Shown here one piece after another: positions 1 to 12,266 of a stretch of 64,000 nt of DNA; the stretch's first letter is position 1; each line of letters starts with the position of its first letter. The stretch is from contig CAXXMV010000008.1 of NCBI GenBank assembly GCA_963662285.2, positions 1,120,001 through 1,184,000 on the forward strand. Direction: 5' to 3'. The notes under the pieces are model-generated. The model did no database searches and had not been told where the DNA came from. It was given only the letters and a program-made list of their open reading frames with translations. Source of the DNA: a bacterium (GTDB lineage Bacteria > Hinthialibacterota > Hinthialibacteria > Hinthialibacterales > Hinthialibacteraceae). Position numbers and translations under genes: made by a program.

Positions 1-605
1 AATCCCCTGGTTTGCAGAGATTGCTCGTAGGAGGTATAGCGTTGATAGGCTGCGCTGGCGCCTTGATAGGCCAGAGAGGCAGGTTCTGTCTCAGAATCGG
101 GATTTTCGGGATCATCGCTGATTGCCATTTGCGCCTGTTCCATCATGGCTGACCTGGATTCTGCGAAACGAACCGCCAGATCCAACTCGTAACTGCCATC
201 CTGGTTGACCCGCATGTCTATGGATGCTTCAAAACGGCCATCTTCGCTGACGATAATCTGCTGAGTAACGCCGTTTTGCAGAGCCTCGCTTATTGCTTTA
301 TCTATTGCATTCTGTTCTTCACTGGTTGCTTCGAGACGATCAGTCTTTTCTTCTTTTTCCGCTTCAGCCTCTTGAGCTTCTCTTAATGAAGGAGTTTTAA
401 GCCCGATGCCTCCTATATTATTCGAAGATACCTGAGGTAGGCTGACTTGCAATCCAAGCCTTTGCGCCAGAGATTGCCCTGAGCCGCCTAAAATACCGTT
501 GGATTGTTGCTGAGAATTGTTTCCAATGGCTTGCCCGTTAAGAAATCCGCTTAAACCGGCAATCACTGGAGTTTGGCCACTAAGAATTCCGAGGTTTCCG
601 ACCAT
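1..605 (-). CDS. Hypothetical protein, 3' end outside the window
   Basis: Read by hand: ATG at 605 (minus strand) preceded by AGGA; frame stays open to the window edge (MVGNLGILSGQTPVIAGLSG...EDGRFEASIDMRVNQDGSYELDLAVRF...). Not in the ORF track because it has no stop in the window. Confidence 0.75.
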   Translation of the reverse strand, partial: MVGNLGILSGQTPVIAGLSGFLNGQAIGNNSQQQSNGILGGSGQSLAQRLGLQVSLPQVSSNNIGGIGLKTPSLREAQEAEAEKEEKTDRLEATSEEQNAIDKAISEALQNGVTQQIIVSEDGRFEASIDMRVNQDGSYELDLAVRFAESRSAMMEQAQMAISDDPENPDSETEPASLAYQGASAAYQRYTSYEQSLQTRG

Positions 606-979
606 TTGTCCTATCGCCTTTCATCGTAATCAACCAAATAAAAGAAAAAATAAAATTAATCTTAATATTTATCGGCTTTTAAAGTGATTTCTTGAGATAA
701 TGAACAATATAATGTTGTTACATATTCATAAACCACAATAATAAAACTTATATAAACATATATTTATCAAACTAAAACATTATTTTTATATTTATAAAAT
801 AAATTTCCAATAATCCCATAAATCTCTAAAATTCCATCGAAAGTTTTAATAAATAATGTAGATCATCAACTTATAACAACTCTGAAATGCCAATCTACCG
901 TATTCAAATATTATCAGGTGATTTATAGTATTATTGCGGTTAACAAAGTCCTCTCTCCCCAGGGATAATACCGTGTTGT

Positions 980-1013
980 CTCCTCTACCAGTGGGAGAGG
1001 GTTAGGGTGAGGG
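980..1013. repeat. REP-like intergenic palindromic element (CCTCT..GGGAGAGGGTTAGGGTGAGGG type)
   Basis: CTCCTCTACCAGTGGGAGAGGGTTAGGGTGAGGG resembles a widespread bacterial intergenic repeat; a weaker CCCCTCTCCCC..GAGAGG relative lies near 3783-3830. Confidence 0.55.
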
Positions 1014-1079
1014 CTAAATTAACAAAACTACCCGATAAACGCACTACTAATCTAAATTCTTATCAGTGGAGTAGAGACT

Positions 1080-3761
1080 ATGACTACAACATGCCTGGAT
1101 TCCTTCAAAACAAAGCAAACGTTGGACGTTAACGGTTTGAAATACGCTTATTACAGCCTTCCCGAAGCGGAAAAGAATGGGCTAAAGGGTATTAAAAAAC
1201 TGCCTTTCTGCCTCAAAGTTCTGTTGGAAAACCTTCTCCGTTACGAAGACGGCGGCATCGTAACTCAAAATGATATTAAAGCCATTGCAAAATGGCTTAA
1301 AGAAAAGAAATCTTCCCATGAAATCGCCTACCGTCCCGCCCGCGTATTGATGCAGGATTTCACTGGCGTCCCGGCTGTAGTTGATCTTGCCGTTATGCGT
1401 GACGCAGTTACTGATCTAGGCGGCGATCCCAAAGTCATTAATCCATTAACTCCAGTTGATCTGGTGATTGACCATTCCGTAATGGTGGATGAATTCGGCG
1501 CGGCTGATTCGTATAAACATAATGTTCAAATGGAATTCAAGCGCAACCTGGAACGTTACTCATTTCTACGTTGGGGTCAGAAGGCGTTTGATAATTTCCG
1601 CGTCATCCCGCCGGGGACTGGAATTATCCATCAAATCAACCTCGAATACCTGGCCAAAGTGGTATGGAGCAACGAACATAACGGCGAACTTACGGCCTAT
1701 CCTGATACCCTGGTCGGCACGGACAGCCACACCACCATGATCAACGGTCTGGCGGTGCTTGGTTGGGGCGTCGGGGGAATTGAAGCCGAGGCCGCTATGT
1801 TAGGCCAGCCCATATCCATGCTGATTCCTGAGGTGATAGGTTTCAAACTAAGTGGAAAGATGTCCGAAGGGGTAACCGCCACAGACCTGGTGCTAACCGT
1901 AGTCCAAATGCTGCGCCAAAAAGGCGTGGTTGGTAAATTCGTCGAATACTATGGTCCAGGGCTGGATAATCTGTCTCTGGCGGATCGGGCGGTTCTGGCT
2001 AATATGGGGCCAGAATACGGCGCCACCTGCGGAATATTCCCTATCGATCAGGAAACCATTAACTTCCTCGAATTTTCAGGCCGTGAAGACAGCCAGATCG
2101 CTCTGGTTGAAGCATACGCCAAAGCCCAGGGCATGTGGCGTGAACCGGGCGATCCCGATCCATCCTTCTCTGACACGCTTGAGCTGGATATTTCCACCGT
2201 AGAACCTTCGCTGGCCGGTCCCAAACGCCCGCAGGACCGGGTGGTTTTATCGGGTATGCCTGATAACTTCAAAAAAGCCGTTCAAGATACCGGAGGCGAC
2301 CCGGATACAATCAATAGCATATCGGCAGGCGACTTTGATATGGAAGACGGTAATGTAGTAATCGCTTCCATTACCAGCTGCACCAATACCTCAAATCCAT
2401 CAGTCATGATCGGAGCGGGTCTGGTTGCGCGTAATGCCGTAAAAAAAGGCTTAAAATCAAAACCCTGGGTCAAAACATCACTGGCGCCCGGCTCAAAAGT
2501 GGTAACCGAATATCTCAAAGCAGCTGGCTTGCAAGATGACCTGGACGCGCTTGGTTTCAACCTGGTGGGTTATGGTTGCATGACATGCATCGGCAATTCC
2601 GGCCCCTTACCTGAGGCCGTAGCGCAAGCGGTTGACGATGGAAACCTGACGGTCTGCGCGGTTCTTTCGGGCAACCGTAATTTCGAAGGCCGCGTAAATC
2701 CCAGGACTAAAGCGAATTATCTCGCATCTCCAGCATTAGTAGTAGCTTACGCCTTGGCGGGCACGGTGCGCCTCGATCTAAACCGGGAACCTCTCGGTAA
2801 TGATAAGGATGGCAATCCCGTCTTCTTAAAGGATATCTGGCCGACCAATGATGAAATTCAGGATGTAATGCTGAAATCCGTAAAGAAAGAGATGTTTATT
2901 TCTGAATATGCAACCGCAACTGAGGGCGGAGAGGAATGGCAGAGCATCAAAACCTCCACTGGACTTACTTATAAGTGGGATGACGCCAGCACTTACGTCA
3001 AAAAACCGCCCTATTTCGATGGTATGTCCCAAACTCCTGATGCAATCATCGATATCCGCAACGCCCGTCCCTTGGCCATTCTGGGCGATTCGGTGACAAC
3101 CGACCACATCTCACCCGCTGGCGTTATCAAAACCGATGGACCAGCAGGGCTTTACTTACAAGAACGCGGTATAAAACCAGAGGATTTCAATTCATTCGGC
3201 TCACGGCGCGGCAACCATGAAATCATGATGCGCGGCACATTCGCCAATATCCGCCTACGCAACGAAATGGCGCCAGGAACCACTGGAGGCATAACCAAGT
3301 ACATGCCCGATGGCGAACAAATGCCCATCTATGACGCAGCCATGAAATATATCGAAGAGGGAACGCCGCTGGTCGTCATTTCCGGCAAAGAATACGGTAC
3401 CGGATCATCACGCGACTGGGCGGCCAAAGGAACCCGACTACTGGGCGTACGGGCGGTTATCGCTGAAAGTTTCGAGCGCATTCACCGCTCTAACCTGATC
3501 GGTATGGGCGTTTTCCCATTACAATTCAAAGAAGGCGAATCACGCAAAACGCTTCGGCTGGATGGTGGAGAAATCTTTGATATCATTGATCTTGAGAAAG
3601 AACTAAAACCGGGCATGGACGTACCATGCCACATCACCAAAGCCAATGGGATAGTCAAAGAGATCATGCTAAGCAGCCGCATAGATACCGAAGAAGAGAT
3701 CGAGTACTACAAAAACGGAGGCATCCTGCAATACGTGCTGCGCAACCTGATTAATAAATGA
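1080..3761 (+). CDS. acnA: Aconitate hydratase A
   Basis: 893 aa; motifs [60 protein letters not shown]. Confidence 0.98.
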   Translation: MTTTCLDSFKTKQTLDVNGLKYAYYSLPEAEKNGLKGIKKLPFCLKVLLENLLRYEDGGIVTQNDIKAIAKWLKEKKSSHEIAYRPARVLMQDFTGVPAVVDLAVMRDAVTDLGGDPKVINPLTPVDLVIDHSVMVDEFGAADSYKHNVQMEFKRNLERYSFLRWGQKAFDNFRVIPPGTGIIHQINLEYLAKVVWSNEHNGELTAYPDTLVGTDSHTTMINGLAVLGWGVGGIEAEAAMLGQPISMLIPEVIGFKLSGKMSEGVTATDLVLTVVQMLRQKGVVGKFVEYYGPGLDNLSLADRAVLANMGPEYGATCGIFPIDQETINFLEFSGREDSQIALVEAYAKAQGMWREPGDPDPSFSDTLELDISTVEPSLAGPKRPQDRVVLSGMPDNFKKAVQDTGGDPDTINSISAGDFDMEDGNVVIASITSCTNTSNPSVMIGAGLVARNAVKKGLKSKPWVKTSLAPGSKVVTEYLKAAGLQDDLDALGFNLVGYGCMTCIGNSGPLPEAVAQAVDDGNLTVCAVLSGNRNFEGRVNPRTKANYLASPALVVAYALAGTVRLDLNREPLGNDKDGNPVFLKDIWPTNDEIQDVMLKSVKKEMFISEYATATEGGEEWQSIKTSTGLTYKWDDASTYVKKPPYFDGMSQTPDAIIDIRNARPLAILGDSVTTDHISPAGVIKTDGPAGLYLQERGIKPEDFNSFGSRRGNHEIMMRGTFANIRLRNEMAPGTTGGITKYMPDGEQMPIYDAAMKYIEEGTPLVVISGKEYGTGSSRDWAAKGTRLLGVRAVIAESFERIHRSNLIGMGVFPLQFKEGESRKTLRLDGGEIFDIIDLEKELKPGMDVPCHITKANGIVKEIMLSSRIDTEEEIEYYKNGGILQYVLRNLINK

Positions 3762-4012
3762 TCTGAGGCTATGGAAAACAAATCCCCTCTCCCCACGAGC
3801 TAATCTCCGGACACAAATCAAGAGAGGAGATTAAAACGGGGAGCATCGGCTTCTAGCCGGTGTGTCAAGGGCAGTGTATTCTGCCCTTGATTCAATTCAC
3901 CCTTGAATACAACATCAGATTCTTCAATCTCAGGGTTATTTATGTTAATGTTATTAGCGATAAGAATGACTAATAAATCTAATATTTTTTATATCACAAA
4001 GAGGTTAATACA

Positions 4013-5290
4013 ATGAAAAGCAATCGACGCACTTTTCTGGGAGCCGCAACAGCTGGAACGTTGGCCATAGCTGGCAATGTATATGGATCAGCCAAGAACA
4101 AGACGCTAAAAATGGGCGTGATCGGCGTTGGTTGGTATGGCATGGTAGACGCCAAAGCCGCTTTGAAAGCAGGGGGCGTTGAAATCATCGCTATCTGCGA
4201 TGTTGACAGCGAACATTTAAGCAAAAACGCTGAAGAACTGGAAAAACTACAAGGTAAACGCCCCAAAACCTTTAAGTTATATCAAGACCTGCTCGAACTT
4301 AAAGAACTGGATGCGGTAATTATCGCTTCCCCGCCCCATTGGCATCCTCTCCAGTTTATCGCCGCCTTGAAGAAAGGTTTGGATGTATATTGCGAAAAGC
4401 CGCTATCCTACGACATCCGCGAAGGACGCGCCATGGTCGAAGCGGCCAAGAAATACGGCCAAATCGTTCAAGTAGGATTCCAACGGCGCCAGAACCAGGC
4501 TTTCCATGAAGCCAAACAATTCATTGATGATGGCAAAGCAGGGGAAATTGTCCAAGTCGACGCTCAGATTCATTACCAAGCCGGGGTCAAAGACTCAACT
4601 CCTCAGGCGCCGCCCGCTTCTCTGGATTGGGACCTATGGTGCGGTCCGGGACCGAAAATCCCTTATAGCGAGCAAGTAGGGCATTTCAACTGGCGTCTGG
4701 AAAAAACCAGCGGACACGGTCACCTGGTCGATTGGGGCATCCACCTTATTGATGGAACCCGGATGATACTTGGTCTTGGCGCCCCCAATAAGATTATTGC
4801 ATCAGGCGGTTTATACTATATGAAAGATAAAATCACCACGCCGGATACATTAACGGTGCAATACGAATTCGACCGCTGCCCGGTGGTCTGGCGGCATAGA
4901 TTGTGGGGCGCCGAAGAATACGCGCCTGAAGTTAATAACGGCATCTTCTTCTATGGTGACAAAGCCACAGTATACGTCCACGATAGTCGCTGGCTGGTTA
5001 TCCCTAAAGGCAAAAACAAGGAACGTCAGGAATTCAAAAGCCAAACCGACGCAGGACTCAACCACATGGCCGATTTCCTAAAATGCGTACGCGAACGAGA
5101 ACAACCCAGTTGCTCTATTGAAGAAGGCTATAGGTCAACCTCAACCGTACAATTGGGCATGATCGCTTATGAAAGCGAATCAGTAGTTAAATGGGATGCT
5201 GCAACGGAAACTATTCAGGATAATCCAGCGGCCTCGAACCTGCTTAAGCGCGATTACCGGACGCCCTGGAAGCATCCCTACCAAGCATAA
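4013..5290 (+). CDS. Gfo/Idh/MocA-family oxidoreductase with Tat signal
   Basis: N-terminal NRRTFL twin-arginine signal, GVIGVGWYG Rossmann motif, YCEKP, DWGIHLID. Confidence 0.92.
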   Translation: MKSNRRTFLGAATAGTLAIAGNVYGSAKNKTLKMGVIGVGWYGMVDAKAALKAGGVEIIAICDVDSEHLSKNAEELEKLQGKRPKTFKLYQDLLELKELDAVIIASPPHWHPLQFIAALKKGLDVYCEKPLSYDIREGRAMVEAAKKYGQIVQVGFQRRQNQAFHEAKQFIDDGKAGEIVQVDAQIHYQAGVKDSTPQAPPASLDWDLWCGPGPKIPYSEQVGHFNWRLEKTSGHGHLVDWGIHLIDGTRMILGLGAPNKIIASGGLYYMKDKITTPDTLTVQYEFDRCPVVWRHRLWGAEEYAPEVNNGIFFYGDKATVYVHDSRWLVIPKGKNKERQEFKSQTDAGLNHMADFLKCVREREQPSCSIEEGYRSTSTVQLGMIAYESESVVKWDAATETIQDNPAASNLLKRDYRTPWKHPYQA

Positions 5291-5316
5291 GTACTTGATT
5301 ATTAACGTATTGTATA

Positions 5317-5352
5317 AGGAAGAAGAAACCGATCCACAAGTTTCTTCTCCCT
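5317..5352 (+). terminator. Possible intrinsic terminator
   Basis: Stem AGAAGAAAC/GTTTCTTCT just after the oxidoreductase stop; the T-run is slightly displaced. Confidence 0.4.
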
Positions 5353-5513
5353 CAGTGTTTTTGATAATAAAATGATTACAATTTTAACGCTTCAACTACT
5401 TGAATGCAAAAAATTGAATGCCTTAATATAAGTACTAATTCATCTAACACGAATATAGAACTATCTATGTAAAGTTATAAATATACATATTTGTTTTCTC
5501 TCTGAGGAATTAA

Positions 5514-7094
5514 ATGGCTCTTACAATTATATGCATTGCTGCCGCCATAATAGTATCTGTCGGCATCTATACATTATCATCTGTTAAGGAAGATCGTAAG
5601 AAGCTGATACTTCACGATTTAGGCCTTGTTCATAGTTTGACCTCCGGATTAAAATCCCCATTTTATAAATGGGGATGGAGAAAAGTTTCTGATGACCGCG
5701 TATGGGGAGAACGCATTGTTCGAGAAGCCTTTGAAAAGCGTAATATTGGATTAACGCAACAGGACCTAGAATATTTCAGTAAAGTTTGCGCACAATTCGC
5801 TGGGGGGAAATCAGTCGATAAAACAGCGGTAATCGGATATATTGAAAAAATTCTGGGAAGAAGTTCTTCCGTTTCTAATTTCGCAACAAAATTTATCCAA
5901 CCAATATTAGAGAATTCATTACGAGCTTCTCCCAATCAAGCAAAGAAATTTCTAGATCGAGTACACATAGATTCATCGGTAGAAAACGCCCCGGATCGCC
6001 TTGCAGTATATCAATTAAAAAAAATGCTGAATCAGCATGGCATGGGCATTATCTGTTCGAATGCGGGTGGATTGCATATCAAAGGCGAATCTAACGAAAT
6101 CTTGATGACGCTGACTGGATTCGATAGTTGGGTGTTCTGGTTGAAATCGTGCAAGGCAAGCATTGAACAATGTTTATCACAACGTGCTCTGTCGACTCCC
6201 AGCCAGGCGAAATTCATTAAAAAGCAAATTTTAGATTTTTATATAAATAACGAAATCAACCACATGAATGCTTCCAGGCAATTCATCAAAACGATGGATA
6301 GTCTAATAAATCAAGAATCATTATCCATCAATATTTCAGTAATTGAGAATCTGGAACGGGCATTCTATGGTTGGCATTTCAGCGAATCATTACAATTCTC
6401 CATTCAAAATCATGAATCAATGAGATCGCTTCTATCGATGCCGGAATTACCTTCGCGCATTCGCAAGGCGCTGCTTGAGTTCATAACTCCAACCTATGAA
6501 TCGCTCCACGCTTTAATGCATAGATTCCCCAGGCATGTTATCTTTTACGGGGCCAATTCCCACACCCGCTTATACGCAACTCAACAATATCTAGTTCATT
6601 TAAATAAAATCAATAAAATCATATCGGATATGCTAAAAAGGAAAAGTACTTTCCCGCTAATGCTGCGCATTTTCGATAGCGATGTTGAAAAAGCGCGGAA
6701 TCCTGAACCAGATGACTTCATGAAACACGTGATGCCTCCTAATCGCCGGAGAAACGTAGATGAAGATGAAGAGGTTGTCAAGAATATCGGTCATATGCCT
6801 TTGATGATTGACACTCAAAAAAGCATGGTATTGTTTGAAAAAGATATTGAACCTGATAAAGCCGAAAAAATTGGCTGGATTATTGAAATCCCGGTTGAAG
6901 ATTTTACTCCAAAAGAATACGCCCAGTTCGATCTGGGAGACTACTTAAAATATAAACGAATTAACTGCGATAAACATGGCGAAATCGATCAAGAGCAAGA
7001 AAGTAAATCTGCTCATATGCAACGTGAAAGATTTCTTAATAGCATTTTTGAAACTCTTCTTGGAGACTCCTCTATCTCACCCTTGTCATTTTAA
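5514..7094 (+). CDS. Hypothetical protein with N-terminal membrane anchor
   Basis: 526-aa ORF, GAGG RBS, hydrophobic first ~20 aa; no family recognised. Confidence 0.75.
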   Translation: MALTIICIAAAIIVSVGIYTLSSVKEDRKKLILHDLGLVHSLTSGLKSPFYKWGWRKVSDDRVWGERIVREAFEKRNIGLTQQDLEYFSKVCAQFAGGKSVDKTAVIGYIEKILGRSSSVSNFATKFIQPILENSLRASPNQAKKFLDRVHIDSSVENAPDRLAVYQLKKMLNQHGMGIICSNAGGLHIKGESNEILMTLTGFDSWVFWLKSCKASIEQCLSQRALSTPSQAKFIKKQILDFYINNEINHMNASRQFIKTMDSLINQESLSINISVIENLERAFYGWHFSESLQFSIQNHESMRSLLSMPELPSRIRKALLEFITPTYESLHALMHRFPRHVIFYGANSHTRLYATQQYLVHLNKINKIISDMLKRKSTFPLMLRIFDSDVEKARNPEPDDFMKHVMPPNRRRNVDEDEEVVKNIGHMPLMIDTQKSMVLFEKDIEPDKAEKIGWIIEIPVEDFTPKEYAQFDLGDYLKYKRINCDKHGEIDQEQESKSAHMQRERFLNSIFETLLGDSSISPLSF

Positions 7095-7181
7095 AAATCT
7101 TCCAATTAATAGGCATAAAATTTTATATGCAAAAATAATAACACATAACCTTCGCTGAAAATCTATATGAGGTAAAGCAAT

Positions 7182-7559
7182 ATGAAGAAGTCGTATAGAG
7201 TTCTGGTAGTAGATGATTATGAAATTATCAGAAAAATCCACATAAAAAATTTAGAAAAAATTGGAATTGATAGTATTGATCAAAGCGCCAATGGAGAAGA
7301 AGCACTGGGTGCATTAGAACATAATTCCTATGATTTAATTCTGCTTGATTGGCACATGCCAGTTAAAAACGGCATTGATACCTTAAAAGAAATCCGCTCC
7401 AAAGAGATTAACACTCCTGTTGTAATGTGTACTGACGAAATTGAGCAGGAAAGCATTGATCTGGCCACTCGAGAAGGCGCAACAGATTTCATCAAAAAAC
7501 CCTATTCGCCGAGTGTATTCAAATCTATTATAAAAAATATCTTACGTATTGAGACATAA
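7182..7559 (+). CDS. Single-domain CheY-like response regulator
   Basis: VLVVDD, LLDWHMP..NG, KP receiver motifs; 125 aa. Confidence 0.93.
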   Translation: MKKSYRVLVVDDYEIIRKIHIKNLEKIGIDSIDQSANGEEALGALEHNSYDLILLDWHMPVKNGIDTLKEIRSKEINTPVVMCTDEIEQESIDLATREGATDFIKKPYSPSVFKSIIKNILRIET

Positions 7560-7653
7560 ATTGATATATTGAGTTTTTTTTATAATAACCTCCACGTTGG
7601 GTCTTCCATAAAGAACGAACATAATTTTGAAAATCGCTCTACCAGGTGAATTA

Positions 7654-10071
7654 ATGAAAGTATTGATTGCTGATGATGATGCCGGAACTCTCTTAATGCT
7701 GGAATCTTATGTTAAAAAATGGGGTTATGAAACAATAACAGTTTGCGATGGAGCAAAAGCATGGGAAATTCTTAGCAAAAAGAACTCTCCCCAACTCGCT
7801 ATTCTAGACTGGATGATGCCAGGTATGGATGGCATCGAGGTTTGCTTAAAAGTCAAACAAATTCAAAGCAATTCTTACAGTTACATAATTCTGGTCTCAG
7901 GCAAAAGTCAAACGGTAGACATCATTACAGGTTTTGAAGCAGGCGCCGATGACTTTTTGACTAAACCAATACATCCAGACATCCTACGCAGCCGCCTGGT
8001 GGTCGGCGCCAGAATTTTAGAATACGAGAAATCGCTATTAAAGAAAAATATCGCCCTAAACAAAGCCAAAGAACTTGCCGAACAAGCCAGCAAGACGAAA
8101 GCGCAGTTTCTGGCTAACATGAGCCATGAGATACGAACGCCAATGAACGCCATTATCGGCATGAGCGACCTGGCGCTAGACACAAAATTAGACGACGAAC
8201 AATACGAGTATTTGAATATAATAAAATCATCTTCAGAATCTCTGCTGGTTCTTCTTAACGATATTCTTGACTTCTCGAAAATTGAAGCGGGGAAACTTGA
8301 TTTAAATCCTCATGATTTCTTATTGAGAGACAGTATCAGCGAAATGCTGCACTCAATCGCTATCCGTGCGCATGCCAAAAATCTTGAATTATTATTTCAC
8401 ATTAAAAACGATGTGCCCGATGCGCTTAATGGCGATCCAGCGCGACTCAGACAAATCATCGTCAACCTCGCAGGCAACTCCGTCAAATTCACCGAAAAAG
8501 GTGAAATTAAAATCACGGTAAGCCAAGAGATGGAGATGGGCAACGAAATAATTCTCCATTTTGAAATAAAAGATACCGGGATTGGCGTTCCTAAAGACAA
8601 ACAAGACATTATTTTCCAGGAGTTCGATCAGGCGGATTCATCAATCACACGTCAATATGGCGGAACCGGTCTCGGGCTGGCCATCTCTGCCAAACTTGTC
8701 GCAATGATGGGAGGAAAAATATGGATAGAAAGCCCTACTCCCAATCGGGATAAACATTCCGTTGGCGGACCAGGCAGCACTTTTCATTTCACCGTGCGTT
8801 TCAAAGTTAACCGGGATATTGGCGCTCACACCCCAAAAATTTTGGCGGAAATTCCAATATTAATTATTGATAACAACCAATCCAACATTCAAATTATTCA
8901 GGATTACGCCAACTGCTGGAGCATGAAACCCCGTATTGCGGATAACATTGAAGAAGCAATTAAGATATCTCAATTAGCTTTTCAACAGGGTTCTCCTATT
9001 CCCATTATCCTGCTCAATCAGGAATTATTAGACGCTGACCAAAATAACTTTATAGAAAAGATCAAAAGCGATCCAGCGCTAATAAGTTCTAAAATAATCT
9101 TAATGAGTTTATTAGGCGTAAAAAAGGATTTTAAGAAATCTTTGTTCCATGCACTCCTGACAAAACCAATTAAGCTATCAGATTTATTAGAAGCAATAGA
9201 ATCAGCATTAGGGATAGAAAACGAAAAAATAAATAATGCAAATAAAATTGAAGCATTAACTCAAACAATGTCGCCCCTGAATGTTTTATTGGCCGAAGAT
9301 AATCCCTTTAATCAGAAATTGGCGATTATGCTGCTTAAGAAGCATGGACATCAGGTAACTCTGGCCAATAATGGCCGGGAAGCCGTTGAATTATACCGCC
9401 ATAACCCATTCGACCTTATTTTAATGGATGTTCACATGCCGCAAATGGATGGTATTGAAGCCACAAAACAGATACGAATAATTGAAGCGAAAACCGATAC
9501 TCATATCCCCATCCTCGCCGTCACAGCCGCAGCTCTGAAAGATGATATGGCAATTTGCCTTGAAGCTGGTATGGACGACTACATCTCCAAACCTATCAGA
9601 GCCGATGAAATGTTTGTAAAAATTAAATTTTTAACAGAACAAAATTATTGCAATACATCTCATTCCAAACCTGAAGTTACTCCATCAGATCAAAATTCCG
9701 ATAATACACTAATAAATCAAGCAACAACTAAATCCTCCATTGATAAAGAAGCCATCCTCGAACAGGTCGACGGAAACATGGAAGACCTCAAAGATTTACT
9801 GATTACTTTTATTGAGAATACCGACCAAATGATGGCGAAGATTGGTAATGCTGTTGAAAATATGGACTGCGCAGCTTTACGGGAATCAGCCCACAGTCTT
9901 AAAGGAACAGTAGGCTTCTTTGGAGCGCAACAAGCGCGAGAGGCCGCGCTGCAACTTGAGATGATGGGCCGTAACGGTGAGACCAAAGATATTCAGAAAG
10001 TCTGGTCAATTCTTCAAAGCGATATGCAAAACCTTAAAGAGGAATTGTCGTCTCTTGGTTGGATTAATTAG
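7654..10071 (+). CDS. Hybrid histidine kinase (REC-HisKA-HATPase-degenerate REC-REC-Hpt)
   Basis: MSHEIRTP H-box, [21 protein letters not shown], two intact receivers, AHSLKG Hpt. ATG at 7654 preferred over TTG at 7627. Confidence 0.95.
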   Translation: MKVLIADDDAGTLLMLESYVKKWGYETITVCDGAKAWEILSKKNSPQLAILDWMMPGMDGIEVCLKVKQIQSNSYSYIILVSGKSQTVDIITGFEAGADDFLTKPIHPDILRSRLVVGARILEYEKSLLKKNIALNKAKELAEQASKTKAQFLANMSHEIRTPMNAIIGMSDLALDTKLDDEQYEYLNIIKSSSESLLVLLNDILDFSKIEAGKLDLNPHDFLLRDSISEMLHSIAIRAHAKNLELLFHIKNDVPDALNGDPARLRQIIVNLAGNSVKFTEKGEIKITVSQEMEMGNEIILHFEIKDTGIGVPKDKQDIIFQEFDQADSSITRQYGGTGLGLAISAKLVAMMGGKIWIESPTPNRDKHSVGGPGSTFHFTVRFKVNRDIGAHTPKILAEIPILIIDNNQSNIQIIQDYANCWSMKPRIADNIEEAIKISQLAFQQGSPIPIILLNQELLDADQNNFIEKIKSDPALISSKIILMSLLGVKKDFKKSLFHALLTKPIKLSDLLEAIESALGIENEKINNANKIEALTQTMSPLNVLLAEDNPFNQKLAIMLLKKHGHQVTLANNGREAVELYRHNPFDLILMDVHMPQMDGIEATKQIRIIEAKTDTHIPILAVTAAALKDDMAICLEAGMDDYISKPIRADEMFVKIKFLTEQNYCNTSHSKPEVTPSDQNSDNTLINQATTKSSIDKEAILEQVDGNMEDLKDLLITFIENTDQMMAKIGNAVENMDCAALRESAHSLKGTVGFFGAQQAREAALQLEMMGRNGETKDIQKVWSILQSDMQNLKEELSSLGWIN

Positions 10072-10087
10072 AAAAAGTTAAATAACT

Positions 10088-10720
10088 TTATCCACCGATC
10101 AGGCCGCTGACAGGAATGTCACCGCCGAAGAATCCTAAATCACCGGGGCTAATGATGCCATTGCTGGGATTATAAACCGACTCACCGGGGAAACGATTAA
10201 ACTTTGGAAATGGAAAATCAATAATAAACGAATCCATCTGATCCGGACCCATGCTGGCCAAAGCGAAAGCTTCCTTCCTTAAGTCCTTTAATCCCTGCAA
10301 GTCAGCAAAATTCATATAAGGAGTGTAAGTATATGAATTTTTCAATAGCGGCAGCGCTTTAAGCACCTCTTGATCATCAAAAGCAGGTCTTCCCGGTTCA
10401 GGCGGAGGTTCTTCGTATTCAGTAACCGGACCAAAAGGATCCTTCACATTCACCATATTTATATAAGCAACCGGCGTGGTTAGATCAGGTAATAAGTAAT
10501 CCGCAAAAAATTTCATATCGCTATTTTTACGGGGGTAGATATTCCGGTCTAGCCGATAGGTTTGTAAAGCGTCGCCTAATGTCTTGAGGTCTATTTTGGC
10601 TACAGCCAAGCGGCTTTTTATCATAGCATCCCGATAATTGGGAACCGCGATAGCCGCCAGTATTCCCAGAACCGCTACAACTATTAATAGTTCTATTAAG
10701 GTAAAACCGTTCTTAATCAT
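10088..10720 (-). CDS. Prepilin-type N-terminal cleavage/methylation (GspG-like) protein
   Basis: NG/FTLIELLIVVAVLGILAAIAVP; C-terminal SMGPD..YNPSNG..SPGD. Confidence 0.9.
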   Translation of the reverse strand: MIKNGFTLIELLIVVAVLGILAAIAVPNYRDAMIKSRLAVAKIDLKTLGDALQTYRLDRNIYPRKNSDMKFFADYLLPDLTTPVAYINMVNVKDPFGPVTEYEEPPPEPGRPAFDDQEVLKALPLLKNSYTYTPYMNFADLQGLKDLRKEAFALASMGPDQMDSFIIDFPFPKFNRFPGESVYNPSNGIISPGDLGFFGGDIPVSGLIGG

Positions 10721-11676
10721 GGTTGCACGCCTGATAACGGGGTTGGCGCCGCTAAAGAAGGATAGTATATCCTCAATTCTTCCTGGTTGCGTCTTTGGTG
10801 TATATCATTGACCCAGCGAACCGTATTGCTTAAATTAACCGATGCCGGAGCAGTGGGATTCTTTAAGGGCTGCACCATGCTTTTCATGCCCATTGCCACC
10901 TTGACTGATGCTTGTCCACTCAACACTTCCACGACGCCGCGCGTGACTTTTACGGTTGACGTCCCCCGCGCCACGGATATCTCGAAAGCGGTTCCCAAGA
11001 CGCGAACCATTCCAGATGGAAGTTGGACTATGAATCCGCTCTTTTGCTTGGGGATATTAAAGAAGGCTTTCCCACGATCAATCCTGACATTTTTGCGCCC
11101 CATAAAAGTTACTTGCGAAAGTGGCGCTACGCATATTTCGGCGCCGCTTTTAAGATGTACGATACTCTCCGCCCCTTGAGTTGTTTGAACCGTAGTATTG
11201 CTTTTCAGAGTATGACCTTTGTTGGCGTTAAGCGATCCATTGGCATGAGCCAGAACTCTACCGCTTTTGTAATCAAATTCTCCGATAGTATTTACTGTAG
11301 TATTAATCCAAAATCCTAATGGGATTAATATTATCAGCAATACAGTTAATGATGTTAGCAAACGGTAGGAATGCTGATGAAAAATGGAAAACCATCCAGT
11401 TGAATCCAAGTCAAAATCCCTGCGCGTCGAATCGGTTAGAGCTGCGCGGCGCTTCTCGCGTAATGCCTGCTCGGTCAACCTTTCATAGAATTTCTCTTCG
11501 GGCGTCCACTCAATGCGATTGGGACGCAGCAGATTAGTCCAACCTTTAACGCTTTCCAACTCAATGCGGCATTTTTGACATTGATTCACATGGGTCTGTA
11601 AGCGTTCGGGTAATTCGGCATCGGGATGATCGATAACCCAATTAGTCATATCCTGAATAATAGAGGAACATTTCAT
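10717..11676 (-). CDS. Zinc-finger/FecR-domain transmembrane anti-sigma factor
   Basis: HVNQCQKC (HxxxCxxC), one TM helix, FecR motifs GKAFF and VRVLGTAF; ATGA overlap with the sigma gene. Confidence 0.85.
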   Translation of the reverse strand: MKCSSIIQDMTNWVIDHPDAELPERLQTHVNQCQKCRIELESVKGWTNLLRPNRIEWTPEEKFYERLTEQALREKRRAALTDSTRRDFDLDSTGWFSIFHQHSYRLLTSLTVLLIILIPLGFWINTTVNTIGEFDYKSGRVLAHANGSLNANKGHTLKSNTTVQTTQGAESIVHLKSGAEICVAPLSQVTFMGRKNVRIDRGKAFFNIPKQKSGFIVQLPSGMVRVLGTAFEISVARGTSTVKVTRGVVEVLSGQASVKVAMGMKSMVQPLKNPTAPASVNLSNTVRWVNDIHQRRNQEELRIYYPSLAAPTPLSGVQP

Positions 11677-12266
11677 GAGAATAATTCCTCCTCAGTCAAC
11701 CCTTCCTGCCGGGCGTATTTGCGTAGTGTTTTGAGCGCACGATGAATACGGGTATTAACTGTAGAAACAGGCAATTGCAATAACTCGGCCACGCTATCGC
11801 TTGATAGACCTTGTATCATTCGAAGCGTGACAATATCTCTATATTTAGGCGATAACCGATCCACTAATCCTCGAACCTTAACTTGAATCTCCTTGCGTAA
11901 AGATTCTCTTCGGGGATTAGGATCGGATGTTTTAATCTCCAGGTCAGCGTCTTCTAATATTTGATCGAGAGAAACGTTCATTTGCTTTTTCCGCTTATTG
12001 AAATCTTTATAAGCCAAGTTGCGGGCAATTTGAAAAAGCCAGGGTCCTAAAGGACGGCAAGGATCAACTTTTCCATGAGCGCGACAAGCGAGAAAAAAAG
12101 CTTCCTGGCTCAAGTCTACAGCTCTGTCGCGATCATGAATGAGATTAGCTGTAAAATTAACTACCGGAGCGAAATAATTCCTCGCGGCGGCCTCAAAAGC
12201 CCACCGTTCACCCCGGCAAAAACCGGCGCTGATTTCAAGATCGGTATACGAGATGTTAGATTCCAC
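11673..12266 (-). CDS. ECF RNA polymerase sigma factor
   Basis: Region 2 DLSQEAFF / WLFQIARN and region 4 VAELLQLPVSTVNTRIHRA. Confidence 0.93.
   Translation of the reverse strand: MESNISYTDLEISAGFCRGERWAFEAAARNYFAPVVNFTANLIHDRDRAVDLSQEAFFLACRAHGKVDPCRPLGPWLFQIARNLAYKDFNKRKKQMNVSLDQILEDADLEIKTSDPNPRRESLRKEIQVKVRGLVDRLSPKYRDIVTLRMIQGLSSDSVAELLQLPVSTVNTRIHRALKTLRKYARQEGLTEEELFS

Noticed and set aside
3925-3950. dif-like site (TTATGTTAA)
   Set aside because: Only the XerD-like half is present; no matching XerC arm.
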